From the NCBI GenBank assembly GCA_964373665.1, contig CAYJVM010000001.1, forward strand, positions 93,325 to 157,324: a DNA stretch of 64,000 nucleotides, in the 5' to 3' direction. Source of the stretch: an uncultured archaeon (GTDB lineage Archaea; Aenigmatarchaeota; Aenigmatarchaeia; CG10238-14; SCSR01). The translations under genes were made by a program, and so were the position numbers. The notes beneath the pieces were generated by a model that was not told where the DNA came from, made no database searches, and saw only the letters and a list, made by a program, of their open reading frames with translations. Of this stretch, positions 38,816-49,044 are shown in pieces (the first letter of the stretch is position 1; every line of letters begins with the position of its first letter).

Positions 38816-38934
38816 TCAATAAAAATCCGACCTAAAGACAGTTTTATATAGTGGCATAAGTACGACTGAAACACGGCTTAGAACAGCCTAATACAGAAAA
38901 AATAGGTTTTAATCCTAAAAGATGAATTTTAGCA

Positions 38935-39582
38935 TCATGGATTAATTTCCCGCAAAACTGTCCTGGCGGCTTCAAGAAAATTGTTCACTATGTAAGCCCT
39001 TCCTGCATTTTCATGAATTCTAAACGTCCTTGCATAGTCTCTTCTATTTCTACCATTGTAAATCAAAATGCCGCTACCGTTGGCATTTAACCCAGTCTCA
39101 ACATCTGTAGACCTATCGCCTATAAAGTAGACTTGCAACTCATCCAACGGATAGCCCAAATCTTTTGCGGCTTGTTCAAGCATGCTATTCCGTGGTTTTC
39201 GTGTGTGATTCTCTGTTACATAATCCTCATTGTATGGAACACCCCTCCTTCGCCATCTTTCAGCATATCTATGGCTTACTTGCGGTGCATAGTACCAGCC
39301 ATCAATTTGCACTCCATTTTCTCTGAGCATAGAATCCAGATGTGCGTTTACTTTTCTAACCCGTTCCTCTGTAAGAACGCCTCTTGCGACGCCCGACTGG
39401 TTCGTAGCCACAACAAGTCTTATCCTTTCATCCCCTTTCAATACTTTTAATCCATCAACAACTCCATCGCACAGTGCTAAATTATCCCGCCAGTCGTCAT
39501 CCTTTCCAAAAAAGCCGTTAGTATCGTCGTAATGCAGTGTATTGTCTCTGTCCAGGCCAACTAAAATTATAGGACTGTCCAT
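38935..39582 (-). CDS. HAD-IIIA phosphatase (GmhB/histidinol-phosphatase-like)
   Basis: VGLDRDNTL (DxD), VVATNQSG, and a downstream K...GDRSTD motif. Confidence 0.6.
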   Translation of the reverse strand: MDSPIILVGLDRDNTLHYDDTNGFFGKDDDWRDNLALCDGVVDGLKVLKGDERIRLVVATNQSGVARGVLTEERVRKVNAHLDSMLRENGVQIDGWYYAPQVSHRYAERWRRRGVPYNEDYVTENHTRKPRNSMLEQAAKDLGYPLDELQVYFIGDRSTDVETGLNANGSGILIYNGRNRRDYARTFRIHENAGRAYIVNNFLEAARTVLREINP

Positions 39583-39590
39583 ACAAACAC

Positions 39591-42500
39591 TTATGCCGCA
39601 TCTATGTCAGGTGCTCTTCCCCTATTCTGCTCAAGATACTTCATCAGTGCAGGTATGTGCTCAGGGGATATGCCTATGCCCGTCTGCCTTCCCATCTGGC
39701 TGTAAGCTTGCCTAACTTCAGTCTCAAGTCTATTCAAATATCTCACGCCATATTTGTCAAAGCCGAAATCGAATTGAATTATCTTTCCGCTGTCGTCGAA
39801 ATAGGCAGGAGTGTGTTCAAACCTTCCTTCATGCTTCTCCTTGATTTCGGATGGTATCTGGCTGTCCAGTACGCCTACATTGCAGTAAATCATTGTAGGT
39901 CCATCAATGCTGTATGCAGAGAATGGCCACACCTTGCCGCTTCTAGTTCTGTCGCCTCTTATTATAAGCGGCATTAGAGCAGTGTTCCATAGTTGGAAGG
40001 AATAAGGAACCTTTTGCTCTCCTTCCTTCAAAGTAGATCTGTAAACGTCAACGGTTCTTTGGAACTCCTTGTTTCCTCTTAATTTTGCCATGTCTTCTTC
40101 TGTCTTTCCTGCATGAGAATAATCCACATCAGTGAATCCTAAAGCGTCGTTAATCGCGACTACTTGATTCAAGTAGCCTTGGTATGCATCAGGATATCTT
40201 GCGGCTCTGTCCGTAGAGTCTCTTGCAACCAGATTCTTGGTTCCGTCTACAACTAGTATAACAGGTTGGTCGTTTGCTATTCTTGTTCTGTAACCTTTGA
40301 AAAGCCCGCTGTTTAAGACCTCTTTGTTGTTATGGCTTTCGGTCGACCCGACTTTAACTCCGATTATATAATCGACCCCCAGTGTATCATCGTCTGTTAG
40401 GGGCGCCACTGGAAGATACCCATAGCTTAGGTTCGGTGCGATAACTACATCCATACCAAGTTCTTGCGCTCTTACCTTTACACTTCTAACATAATCTTCA
40501 AGCAGCCGCACCTCGTATGCTGCACATTCGACTTCGAACTTGGAAAGCGCGTCGAAAGGTTCGACATCCGAATCTATGCTGAAAATCGTTTCGTACGCGG
40601 TGTATGTGATGTGGTTTTTCAAAAATCTTTTCACTTTCTCGTGGTCTACTATGTCCCTGAATCTCGTGTATTCAAGGTTCCTATGTAGCTCGTTTTCCGG
40701 ATCGAAGTTTCCTTCTCCAAATCCATTTAGTTCAGTTTTCCAGTCGGCAACAATTTTCCTCGGACTTTCTGCAGCCGACAAGCTGTGCATCAAATAAGTC
40801 GTGGGGATAATACCTTTTCTTTCCATTGATACAAAATATCTATGCAAGTCTCTGAATGTAGAGGCGCCAGTTTCCACTTCCCCGAACAGCTCTTCCCATC
40901 CGTCCAATGTGGAAAGTTCGTATGCTGTCCTGATGGCAGTTTTTGGCCTCTCGGACATATAGCCTTGGTAATGCTCGAATGCTGCCTCATGGACGCGCAG
41001 ACTTGAAACAAACTTGCCGAGAACATTAGTTTCATACGGATCCAAACCGTTTCTTAGAGCCTCTCTCACAAAAAGGTTGGTTGTCTGCTGACTAGCACCT
41101 TCAGTTGCGGCTACCAAGTTGCGAATGCTGGACGTTGCTGGATAGTTATCGAATGGGAAAATCCTCGCTACTTCCTCGTCACCAAGCGCCCTTAAATACG
41201 GCAACATATAACTTCTCGCTGAAGGTTTTTCCATCACCGCATGTATAACTTTCTGCTGCTCCTTTCTAACTTGTTCTTCAAACCTTTCTGGGTACGCAAT
41301 ATCTCCGACATCCGTTAGAAACGCTTCAAATTCTCTGAGCTCCTGTAGAAATGTCGGAAATCTATAGCTATGGTCTGTGATTAGCTTGTATCTGCGGTTT
41401 CCTATCATACCTCTGACATTAAAGCCGAACTGACCATTCCAATATTCTTGAACTCTCTCAGATCCTATTTCCCTTAAATAATCGAACGCCCACTCGCTGA
41501 TCGGCTCCATGCTCCCGCCGAAATGTAAAATGCTATTGGCCTCGTCCATTACGGCCTCTGGATTTCTAGACCCTTGCGCTATACTTTCAACTTCTTCCAT
41601 ATACTCTGCAATACCTCGCAAGTGGTTAGCAACAGCTTCAACTCCAGAAAACCCTTCAATGCCGTAAGCAATTTTTTGATCAAACATATCGCCATATTTT
41701 CTTATGACAGGCAGTTTGTCTTCCAACCCGAGTGAAGATGCAATTGCAGTCACTACACGGTCTCTGGTTGAATCCTTCTCTTCATCTGGAACATAAGTTG
41801 CATACGGCAGCAAATTCACTGCCAGCCCCAATGCAAAATACCTTTCCCTATCACTGCCATGAGTCATATAGTGCGATGCCATATTGAAAAGCGCCTCTCT
41901 GAATCCTGGGTTGTAACTGGGGTAATCCCAGTGGCTATCGTCGCGAATTACAGCACCTTCCTTAACCATTCGGACAGCATCCATCATGCCAGGCACCTTC
42001 AAGCCTTCAAGATATTTCAACTCTTCTCCATTCAACGAACCGATGAATTCTTCTGCCTTGCCTGAAAACGGCGCCCTAGTCCACTGCCACCTCCCTCTCC
42101 AGAGATTCATCACCGCATAAGGCAGATGCTCGCCTTGTTTGAATCGGTAAACTTTGTAACCTAACCTGCCGAATTCATCCCCTATGTGCTCACCTGATGC
42201 GGGTGGTACAACAAGCAGTCTGCTCCAAAGCTCTTCAAGTACATACCTATCGAATCCGGCAAGAGCATCTTCGCCGAACAATGCCTTCATTTGATCGTCA
42301 GATCTAGCAACTTCCCAGCTGTCAATGTCAAGAGAATTCACATCGACAGGTGTACCTACCCTTTGTTTAAGTTTGTCGTATCGGCTGGTAAATTCTACAC
42401 CAGGATCATATCTGGACATCTTATAGGTTTGCCTTAGCAAACTTACAACATCTGCGAGGCTTTCCGGTATTTCTACCCTATGTGAAAATCTGTATAACGA

Positions 42501-43538
42501 GTCTACAATATCTTGGAATATTTCGTCATGCCTTCTTCCATCATGACTAACATTCGGTAGATAACGAGTTACAAAATCTCGCAATCCATAAGGCAGCGCT
42601 TGAACTCTTTCATTCAAGCTGTCCAGCTGTTCGATTTCTTGTGGATACTTAAATCTAAAACTCAGCCAGTCAGCCTTTGGCAACTGGAAATGCATACCGG
42701 CAAAGACGAGTCTTACAGCTTCATCTACATCTTCTTTCTCATATCTTCTATCTTCTCTTTCATAGTTCCCATTTTTTATAACATCTGCAAAATCAGGTAA
42801 AACTTTCTTTTCGATATAACCATTCAACAGGGAACTTCTCTGAGAATCAGTCAACTTTGGCGATTCTCCTGTATTTTCCAATACACTCAATTGCGCATCA
42901 TATTCCGTCACCAGCCGCGATACAAGAATTGTGTAAAGTTCACGCTCCAGACTTTGGATATCAAAGCTTCTGTCTGAATAATAAGAACTGTACCAGCCCA
43001 TTTTTCCTGCTCTGCGAGTCGCAGCAAACAGCGCGTCTATTTTGACATTAAGAGAATCGACTTGCATCTGGTAACCTGCGGGGCGCGTGCGCCCAAGTTC
43101 TCTTGTTTCGTTGATCAAACGCTCAACCCTTTCATATACATCCCATTCGGCAGCGACCCCCACTTCTTCATAAATTCTGCGAACAGCAACTTCTTTTGCG
43201 TGCTTACCTCGGCTGGCTTTCGCCTTTGCAACAGCATTCATCCGCTTCAAGTATTCTAGCTTTTGCCGCATAGCTCCCGCTCCATCTGCTAAATCATCAA
43301 TACCTATAGTAGGATCAAACATGCGTCTTAGTGCCATCCTATCTTTCAAATAGGCCAACTCGAAGCATATGTATTTGTCAGCGCCATTGATTTCATCATT
43401 CCACGACTTTAGTACTTCAGCTATCTCATCGGGACTCGTTGATTCTGGATTAAAATCGGCCTGTAGTTCCGGCTCGGAAAATAATGCATTCGCTTCCTGG
43501 TATAATCTCTTTAAAATTTCATCACTCATCATTCCCAC
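39591..43538 (-). CDS. very large (1315 aa) protein of unknown function
   Basis: An uninterrupted 3.9-kb ORF with ~50% GC and codon usage consistent with its neighbours. No motif I recognise. Confidence 0.6.
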   Translation of the reverse strand: MGMMSDEILKRLYQEANALFSEPELQADFNPESTSPDEIAEVLKSWNDEINGADKYICFELAYLKDRMALRRMFDPTIGIDDLADGAGAMRQKLEYLKRMNAVAKAKASRGKHAKEVAVRRIYEEVGVAAEWDVYERVERLINETRELGRTRPAGYQMQVDSLNVKIDALFAATRRAGKMGWYSSYYSDRSFDIQSLERELYTILVSRLVTEYDAQLSVLENTGESPKLTDSQRSSLLNGYIEKKVLPDFADVIKNGNYEREDRRYEKEDVDEAVRLVFAGMHFQLPKADWLSFRFKYPQEIEQLDSLNERVQALPYGLRDFVTRYLPNVSHDGRRHDEIFQDIVDSLYRFSHRVEIPESLADVVSLLRQTYKMSRYDPGVEFTSRYDKLKQRVGTPVDVNSLDIDSWEVARSDDQMKALFGEDALAGFDRYVLEELWSRLLVVPPASGEHIGDEFGRLGYKVYRFKQGEHLPYAVMNLWRGRWQWTRAPFSGKAEEFIGSLNGEELKYLEGLKVPGMMDAVRMVKEGAVIRDDSHWDYPSYNPGFREALFNMASHYMTHGSDRERYFALGLAVNLLPYATYVPDEEKDSTRDRVVTAIASSLGLEDKLPVIRKYGDMFDQKIAYGIEGFSGVEAVANHLRGIAEYMEEVESIAQGSRNPEAVMDEANSILHFGGSMEPISEWAFDYLREIGSERVQEYWNGQFGFNVRGMIGNRRYKLITDHSYRFPTFLQELREFEAFLTDVGDIAYPERFEEQVRKEQQKVIHAVMEKPSARSYMLPYLRALGDEEVARIFPFDNYPATSSIRNLVAATEGASQQTTNLFVREALRNGLDPYETNVLGKFVSSLRVHEAAFEHYQGYMSERPKTAIRTAYELSTLDGWEELFGEVETGASTFRDLHRYFVSMERKGIIPTTYLMHSLSAAESPRKIVADWKTELNGFGEGNFDPENELHRNLEYTRFRDIVDHEKVKRFLKNHITYTAYETIFSIDSDVEPFDALSKFEVECAAYEVRLLEDYVRSVKVRAQELGMDVVIAPNLSYGYLPVAPLTDDDTLGVDYIIGVKVGSTESHNNKEVLNSGLFKGYRTRIANDQPVILVVDGTKNLVARDSTDRAARYPDAYQGYLNQVVAINDALGFTDVDYSHAGKTEEDMAKLRGNKEFQRTVDVYRSTLKEGEQKVPYSFQLWNTALMPLIIRGDRTRSGKVWPFSAYSIDGPTMIYCNVGVLDSQIPSEIKEKHEGRFEHTPAYFDDSGKIIQFDFGFDKYGVRYLNRLETEVRQAYSQMGRQTGIGISPEHIPALMKYLEQNRGRAPDIDAA

Positions 43539-43674
43539 CCTTCAAATACGATTTTACTGCATATTCAATCAAATGGCTTTTATTCCTAAATAAGCCTTCT
43601 GCTACTTTAGCTTCTATGTCCTTTATGGTCTTCCCGTCTATGGATATGCTTACTTTCTGTTTCATGTCACCATC

Positions 43675-44694
43675 TCAACCTTCATAGAATCTGTTGTAAA
43701 GCTGCCTATATTCTTGGGACGGAATCACCAATCTACCATTATCGACAATCAGCCTTCCATTGTGTACAAATCTGTAAGGACGGCTATACGGTGGGTTGAA
43801 ACCAAAGTGTCTAGTTTCACCATCAACTTCAATAACAGCTTCTCCTGTTGGAATAAAATATGCCATCCCTACACCACAATCTCCTATTATGTGAAGATAT
43901 GCATCACCCATTCCGTAAGCAGGTCGCCATCCAGTCGATCCGTTCAATGTCACCCTACCACCTTCCAAATTCTTTGCAAAAAAATCCCCAACATTGCCGT
44001 TGATAACTAACTCGCCGCTTTGTCTACCGCTGGCCAGATTGTCAAGCAGATGGGCTTTCCTTCGATAGTCATCATAAGTACCGCCTATACCCCACACTTT
44101 ATTCCAAGAATCCCCTACTCTGGGGAACATTGATTCCCTAGTAACCCCATATCTCTTGAATAAATTTCCCGCCGCGCGATCAGCATAAAACGACGCACCT
44201 AAAAACTGGGGATGCCGAAGTGCAAGTCTGCTCAATGATTCTAATCCACGCTCAACCGCCTCATATACGATCTGAGGTACATTGCGTGTAGGCTCCCAAA
44301 AGTGATGGGGAAAAAATGAGGGGTTTTTCGTAGTCTCAAGCTCAATTTTCTCCGTACCTCGGTCAAAAAGGCGACAAGTGAGTCCAGATACATACCAACC
44401 AAGTGCTGGAAGATTTTCGTGATTTTCAAATCTTCCCAGCTCAGATACAAGCCTATTTACATCGTCTTGAGTGTAGACTTCCAAATTGTCTATCATGCTT
44501 CTCGCCAATAAAGATGGAGTTACTGAAACTAGCATATCGCGTTCATGAATTTCCCTACGCCCTACATTAAAATCATTCATCATCTGAATGTTTTGGTTTT
44601 CGGTATGTCTATCTTGTGCAAACTTTCGGGTTAAAAATGCAATTGCATAGTCCTGTATCATTGAATAAGACATTTTCTCACCAACTCCTATCAC
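43675..44694 (-). CDS. protein with GXGXG beta-helix domain (glutamate-synthase C-terminal/FwdC-like)
   Basis: GELVINGNVGDFFAKNLEGGRVTLNGSTGWRPAYGMGDAYLHIIGDCGVGMAY is a typical GXGXG-repeat region. Confidence 0.5.
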   Translation of the reverse strand: MIGVGEKMSYSMIQDYAIAFLTRKFAQDRHTENQNIQMMNDFNVGRREIHERDMLVSVTPSLLARSMIDNLEVYTQDDVNRLVSELGRFENHENLPALGWYVSGLTCRLFDRGTEKIELETTKNPSFFPHHFWEPTRNVPQIVYEAVERGLESLSRLALRHPQFLGASFYADRAAGNLFKRYGVTRESMFPRVGDSWNKVWGIGGTYDDYRRKAHLLDNLASGRQSGELVINGNVGDFFAKNLEGGRVTLNGSTGWRPAYGMGDAYLHIIGDCGVGMAYFIPTGEAVIEVDGETRHFGFNPPYSRPYRFVHNGRLIVDNGRLVIPSQEYRQLYNRFYEG

Positions 44695-45377
44695 GGGCTG
44701 TTCCTATACCTGATATTCACATCTCTAATCTCCGGCTGCGTCCCGACCATCTCGTCTGGATTTTTCTTCAAATAACGCCCAAAAAGCTTATGCCCTATCC
44801 TCCTCTGCACTCCATCATACCAAGTTCCCTGGCCAAGAGTGCCTGCAAATCTGGATGCTTTTCCAAGGCCGTTAAATGCAAGATAAGTTGTAAGAGCCGC
44901 TGCAGCAGTTTCTACAGGCATATCTGAAACATTGTTTGAGAGATTAACCATCGCATTCCATATGGCGTTTGTATCAAGCTGTTTGACGACATCATAAAGC
45001 TCCATCATGCCTTGTCCAGCCACCTTTGCCGAATCAACAGCCTTGTTGAAATAATCCAAAGCTTCTGCAATTCTAGGAGGGAATGTATTGATAGATTCTT
45101 TAGCCTTACCAAGATAATCTGTCCCAACATTAGCGCCAGCTGACACCTTGTCAAGACCATCGTCTATCTTCGCAACATTTTCCAAGTTCCTCAAGGTCCT
45201 TGCATAATTGTTAATAAAATCAGGAGCTGCTCTTAATCCGTCTCCTACCTTTTCAAAATAGTTCCGGCCATCACCCAGAAGAACCCCAGGAATGCTAGCG
45301 CTCCCTAAAGCGCCGAAAAGATGCGGGCCTGCAAATCCTGCAGTTTTCCTAATGCTTCTTCCTAATCCATATAGCAT
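44691..45377 (-). CDS. hypothetical protein
   Basis: An ORF in the operon that overlaps its upstream gene by 4 nt. Confidence 0.4.
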   Translation of the reverse strand: MLYGLGRSIRKTAGFAGPHLFGALGSASIPGVLLGDGRNYFEKVGDGLRAAPDFINNYARTLRNLENVAKIDDGLDKVSAGANVGTDYLGKAKESINTFPPRIAEALDYFNKAVDSAKVAGQGMMELYDVVKQLDTNAIWNAMVNLSNNVSDMPVETAAAALTTYLAFNGLGKASRFAGTLGQGTWYDGVQRRIGHKLFGRYLKKNPDEMVGTQPEIRDVNIRYRNSP

Positions 45378-45383
45378 AATATA

Positions 45384-46025
45384 TCACCTAGGCCTAGGAA
45401 ACGCTTGATTGCTTGCGGCTGCATAAAAGTCCTTAAATTCTCTGCTACTCAAAAGATCCACATAAGGACCGCGATCCGTATATCTTCCCTGTCGTCTTGC
45501 ATTGCTGTCTATCTCGCAAACGACATCCCATGCTTCACGTCCCAAACCTCTTTCTAGCAAGCGATAACCAAGACCTGTTTTAACATCCATATAATTTTCG
45601 AATTCTTCGGGGCTTAGGCGCAGACCAGTAGCGCTTTTCCTCAAGGTCATTCGACCCTCAGGTTCTGGATTAAAATCAAGTTCTCTGCTATAACCCGCGT
45701 CTCTCAAATAACCAGCGACCTCTTCCATTCTATCTTCGGGTATAGGGTTAACGTAAACTAGCCGGTTGGTACATTCCGCCGCTAGCTGGTTGGTAAATGC
45801 CGCCGGGCGGTTTGGCAGCAAAGTGTATCCCGCAGGCTCCAACTCACCTACATAGAACCCGCCTACCAATGTATAGCTTGGATAGTTTTTTAGAGCAATG
45901 TCCCCAAGTCTTGTTGGGGCAACTGTAATGCCAGTGAAAGAGTCACTTTGAAACAGATGTGGCCAGCCATCTTCCAACAGCGCTTCTCTAAGCACTTCAA
46001 CTGCATTTCCGGTTTCATAACCCAT
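45384..46025 (-). CDS. hypothetical protein
   Basis: The first gene of the GC-enriched minus-strand operon. Confidence 0.4.
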   Translation of the reverse strand: MGYETGNAVEVLREALLEDGWPHLFQSDSFTGITVAPTRLGDIALKNYPSYTLVGGFYVGELEPAGYTLLPNRPAAFTNQLAAECTNRLVYVNPIPEDRMEEVAGYLRDAGYSRELDFNPEPEGRMTLRKSATGLRLSPEEFENYMDVKTGLGYRLLERGLGREAWDVVCEIDSNARRQGRYTDRGPYVDLLSSREFKDFYAAASNQAFPRPR

Positions 46026-46108
46026 ACCATATCACTTATTACTACCTAGTAGTATTTACTAGTATTTAAGCATTTCGGTACTTTAGTACATATTAGTAGT
46101 TACAATTT

Positions 46109-46456
46109 TTAAAATAACTTCAAAAGTTCTTCTTTGACTTTTCTAAAGGTAGCTTCGTTTATCTTACCCAAGTTTTTAATAGCGGACGTTTTCTTTAATG
46201 TGAATATTGCATTGGTTTTTATTCGACTAGGTTGAGGTAAGAAACCATATTCAAGGTCATTTTGATCTATTAGAACGGAATAATCTACATTACGAATGTT
46301 AGAAGTTAATCCGCAAGATATGAAATCTTCTAATTTTCGATTAATTCCGCTTTTTGATAATACAACTACTGGCCTTTTTTTACTTGCTTTCAAATCTGTA
46401 AACGGAAAAGATATAAGAATTATTTCTCCTTGTTCAAAGTTTATTCCAGATTTCAT
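46109..46456 (-). CDS. mazF: MazF/PemK-family endoribonuclease toxin
   Basis: GEIILISFPFTDLKASKKRPVVVLS is the PemK/MazF signature. Confidence 0.7.
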   Translation of the reverse strand: MKSGINFEQGEIILISFPFTDLKASKKRPVVVLSKSGINRKLEDFISCGLTSNIRNVDYSVLIDQNDLEYGFLPQPSRIKTNAIFTLKKTSAIKNLGKINEATFRKVKEELLKLF

Positions 46457-46700
46457 CTTCTTTGTTCTCCCATAAGTCTTTAGCTACTTTCTCAGCATGT
46501 TTAAGCATATAATCAAACTCTCGAGCAAATCTTTTAGATGCTTTAGCAGATTTTTCAATTAGTAACTTATCACCTTTCTTCACTATGAGTAATTCTTCAC
46601 CCTTTCTAATTTTCATTTCCCTTCTGATATCAGATGGGATGGCGATTTGTCCTTTTTGTGAAACTCGTATCGTTTTAAACTTCAATTCATCTTTCAACAT
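46434..46700 (-). CDS. mazE: AbrB/MazE (SpoVT-AbrB domain) antitoxin
   Basis: RVSQKGQIAIPSDIRREMKIRKGEEL is a swapped-hairpin AbrB motif. The gene overlaps the toxin gene. Confidence 0.6.
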   Translation of the reverse strand: MLKDELKFKTIRVSQKGQIAIPSDIRREMKIRKGEELLIVKKGDKLLIEKSAKASKRFAREFDYMLKHAEKVAKDLWENKEDEIWNKL

Positions 46701-46746
46701 TAATGTTGTAAGAATGTTGTAAGAATTTTCTTACTTGTAAAGATTC

Positions 46747-47856
46747 TCAGTTCAAATATTTCTTTAACTCCTCAACCTTGTCGGTCATCTCCCAAGTGAA
46801 CTCAGGTTCATTCCTTCCAAAGTGCCCGTAAGCCGCAGTCTTTTCATAAATAGGCCTTTTCAATTTCAAATGCTCAATAATAGCTTTAGGCCTCATGTCG
46901 AACGTTTTCATAATAATTTCTTCAATTTTATGGTCAGGGATTTTCCCAGTCCCGAAAGTATTGACATAGACAGAAACAGGTCTTGCGATTCCGATTGCGT
47001 AAGCAATTTGCAATTCACACCTATCAGCAAGACCAGCTGCAACGATGTTCTTGGCTATATATCTACCCATATAAGCGGCAGACCTGTCGACCTTGCTTGC
47101 GTCCTTGCCGGAAAAACAGCCTCCTCCGTGCCTTCCCCAACCTCCATAAGTGTCGACTATGATTTTCCTTCCTGTAAGTCCAGTGTCAGCAGGGGGTCCT
47201 CCTTTCACAAACTTTCCAGTCGGGTTTATGTGAATGATTGTGCCATCGTCTATCCAGTCTTTGCAGACAGGCTTGATAACATTCTCCAGTATCTCCTTCC
47301 TAAGCTGCTCCATTGGTATGTCTGCGTGGTGTGCAGATACAACGACAGTATGCAGTCTCTTCGGTTTTCCATTTTCATATTCTATGGTCACCTGAGACTT
47401 GCCATCCGGCCTCAACCATTTAATTTCTCCGGAACGCCTTACTTCAGAAAGCTTCATCACAAGCTTGTGCGCAAGAACGATAGGGAGCGGCATGAATTCT
47501 GACGTCTCGTTTGTAGCATACGCCATCATTAATCCTTGATCACCAGCACCCTGTTCCTTGTCATCGCCTTGACCCTCAGTGACACCCTGTGAAATATCTG
47601 GACTTTGCTCATGCAACGACACCAGGACAGAGCAGTCGTCATAATTAAAACCGTATTCAGGGTTGTCATAGCCAATCCTCTTTAAGACTTTCCTCGCGAC
47701 TCCCTGCGCGTCGATATAGCCTTTCGTTGTAACCTCACCCGCTATCATTATTAGGCCTGTTGTCGTCAAAGTTTCTACAGCAACTCTAGAATTAGGATCC
47801 TGCTTGATCAATTCGTCTAATATAGCGTCGGAGATTTGGTCACAAATTTTGGACAC
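46747..47856 (-). CDS. metK: S-adenosylmethionine synthetase (bacterial/eukaryal MetK type)
   Basis: [22 protein letters not shown] and [20 protein letters not shown] are the MetK signature blocks. Confidence 0.9.
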   Translation of the reverse strand: MSKICDQISDAILDELIKQDPNSRVAVETLTTTGLIMIAGEVTTKGYIDAQGVARKVLKRIGYDNPEYGFNYDDCSVLVSLHEQSPDISQGVTEGQGDDKEQGAGDQGLMMAYATNETSEFMPLPIVLAHKLVMKLSEVRRSGEIKWLRPDGKSQVTIEYENGKPKRLHTVVVSAHHADIPMEQLRKEILENVIKPVCKDWIDDGTIIHINPTGKFVKGGPPADTGLTGRKIIVDTYGGWGRHGGGCFSGKDASKVDRSAAYMGRYIAKNIVAAGLADRCELQIAYAIGIARPVSVYVNTFGTGKIPDHKIEEIIMKTFDMRPKAIIEHLKLKRPIYEKTAAYGHFGRNEPEFTWEMTDKVEELKKYLN

Positions 47857-47998
47857 TTACTAACGATAGCTAGTATGTTTTATCCGGGTGACCTTCTGTT
47901 ACTGACTCTGATGTAAACAAAAATTTTCCGTCCCTCATTTTTATTAACCCTTATTTTAGCGATTTAATTTTAAATAGTTTAAGGAAGCAGGTAGTTAC

Positions 47999-48496
47999 AT
48001 GAGATTATCTTACATGTCAAATAATGCTAAGAAGGCGGTAGGGTATGGCTTGTTAGCCTTAGACGTTATTCTATCAGCATGCAGTGGGCCCGGTAATTTT
48101 GGACCGCCACCTGCAGCAACATATACAGCTACACCTGCAGCAATACAGCAGCTTGATGTTAATGCATGCAAGGCGCAGCTGCATAGAAATATACAGAACC
48201 AACGCGGTCGCGGGCAGACAAATTCTGAAAGGCTGTATAATCTGGTTCTATGGTTTCAAATATCATCGGGGGGTGGACTGTCAAGGTATTCTCCTTCAGA
48301 AAGAGATGACATGCTATATAGAGATGTAATGAACTTTAAAGACGCCAATCCTGATTTATCGTACGCGCAAAACGGGAATACTCATACATTCTCCAACCCA
48401 GATCCTGCGGGTGCCGTTGAAAAGGTGGATGTGACAATCGGCGGTTTGCCAATATACTGGAGAGCAACGTATAACCCCAATGGCAAATGTGAATAA
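47999..48496 (+). CDS. secreted lipoprotein, hypothetical
   Basis: A signal peptide with an LSACSG lipobox. Confidence 0.4.
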   Translation: MRLSYMSNNAKKAVGYGLLALDVILSACSGPGNFGPPPAATYTATPAAIQQLDVNACKAQLHRNIQNQRGRGQTNSERLYNLVLWFQISSGGGLSRYSPSERDDMLYRDVMNFKDANPDLSYAQNGNTHTFSNPDPAGAVEKVDVTIGGLPIYWRATYNPNGKCE

Positions 48497-48691
48497 ATAC
48501 TTGTTACCTGAATAGTTTGTTTACGGAACAATGTATTGGTCTGATTTTACAGAGTGATAATGAATTAAGAGAAAACCCTATACATGTCCCTACTCCTAGA
48601 GTAGTTGTTTCTGTACAAAGTTAGAGATTATAATAAACAACTTCAGCGAACTGATCGAATGCTTAAATACTTTACTATTCAGCAATAAATT

Positions 48692-49027
48692 ATGGTATAT
48701 AAAAGTAATACAGGTATGACAACTCAAGCTTACCAAGGAAATGTCCATTCTTTCAATCTTGTTGAACAAATGAAAGCACATGGGTTGCCATTTCTTGAAG
48801 AGGTAGATGGGATTAAATTCCAAATTCGTTTTGATGGAGCACAACCACATTATGACGAGGTTGGAAGAACTGAAGATGGATATCTTATTTTAAGACCGAG
48901 GCAAGAAATAGGCAGATTACGGTTTTATAACCAACAAACCAATAGATGGGAAGTTGCAGATGGTGGCGGCCATCAAGCTTATTTTGATGCCGTAAAACGA
49001 CAACATCAAATGGTTACTACCTCATAA
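48692..49027 (+). CDS. hypothetical protein
   Basis: ORF only. Confidence 0.3.
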   Translation: MVYKSNTGMTTQAYQGNVHSFNLVEQMKAHGLPFLEEVDGIKFQIRFDGAQPHYDEVGRTEDGYLILRPRQEIGRLRFYNQQTNRWEVADGGGHQAYFDAVKRQHQMVTTS

Positions 49028-49044
49028 ACTTTAACCGAGAGTCA

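Noticed and set aside
46822-47502. A 226-aa plus-strand ORF
   Set aside because: It is antisense to metK, whose frame carries all the SAM-synthetase signature motifs.
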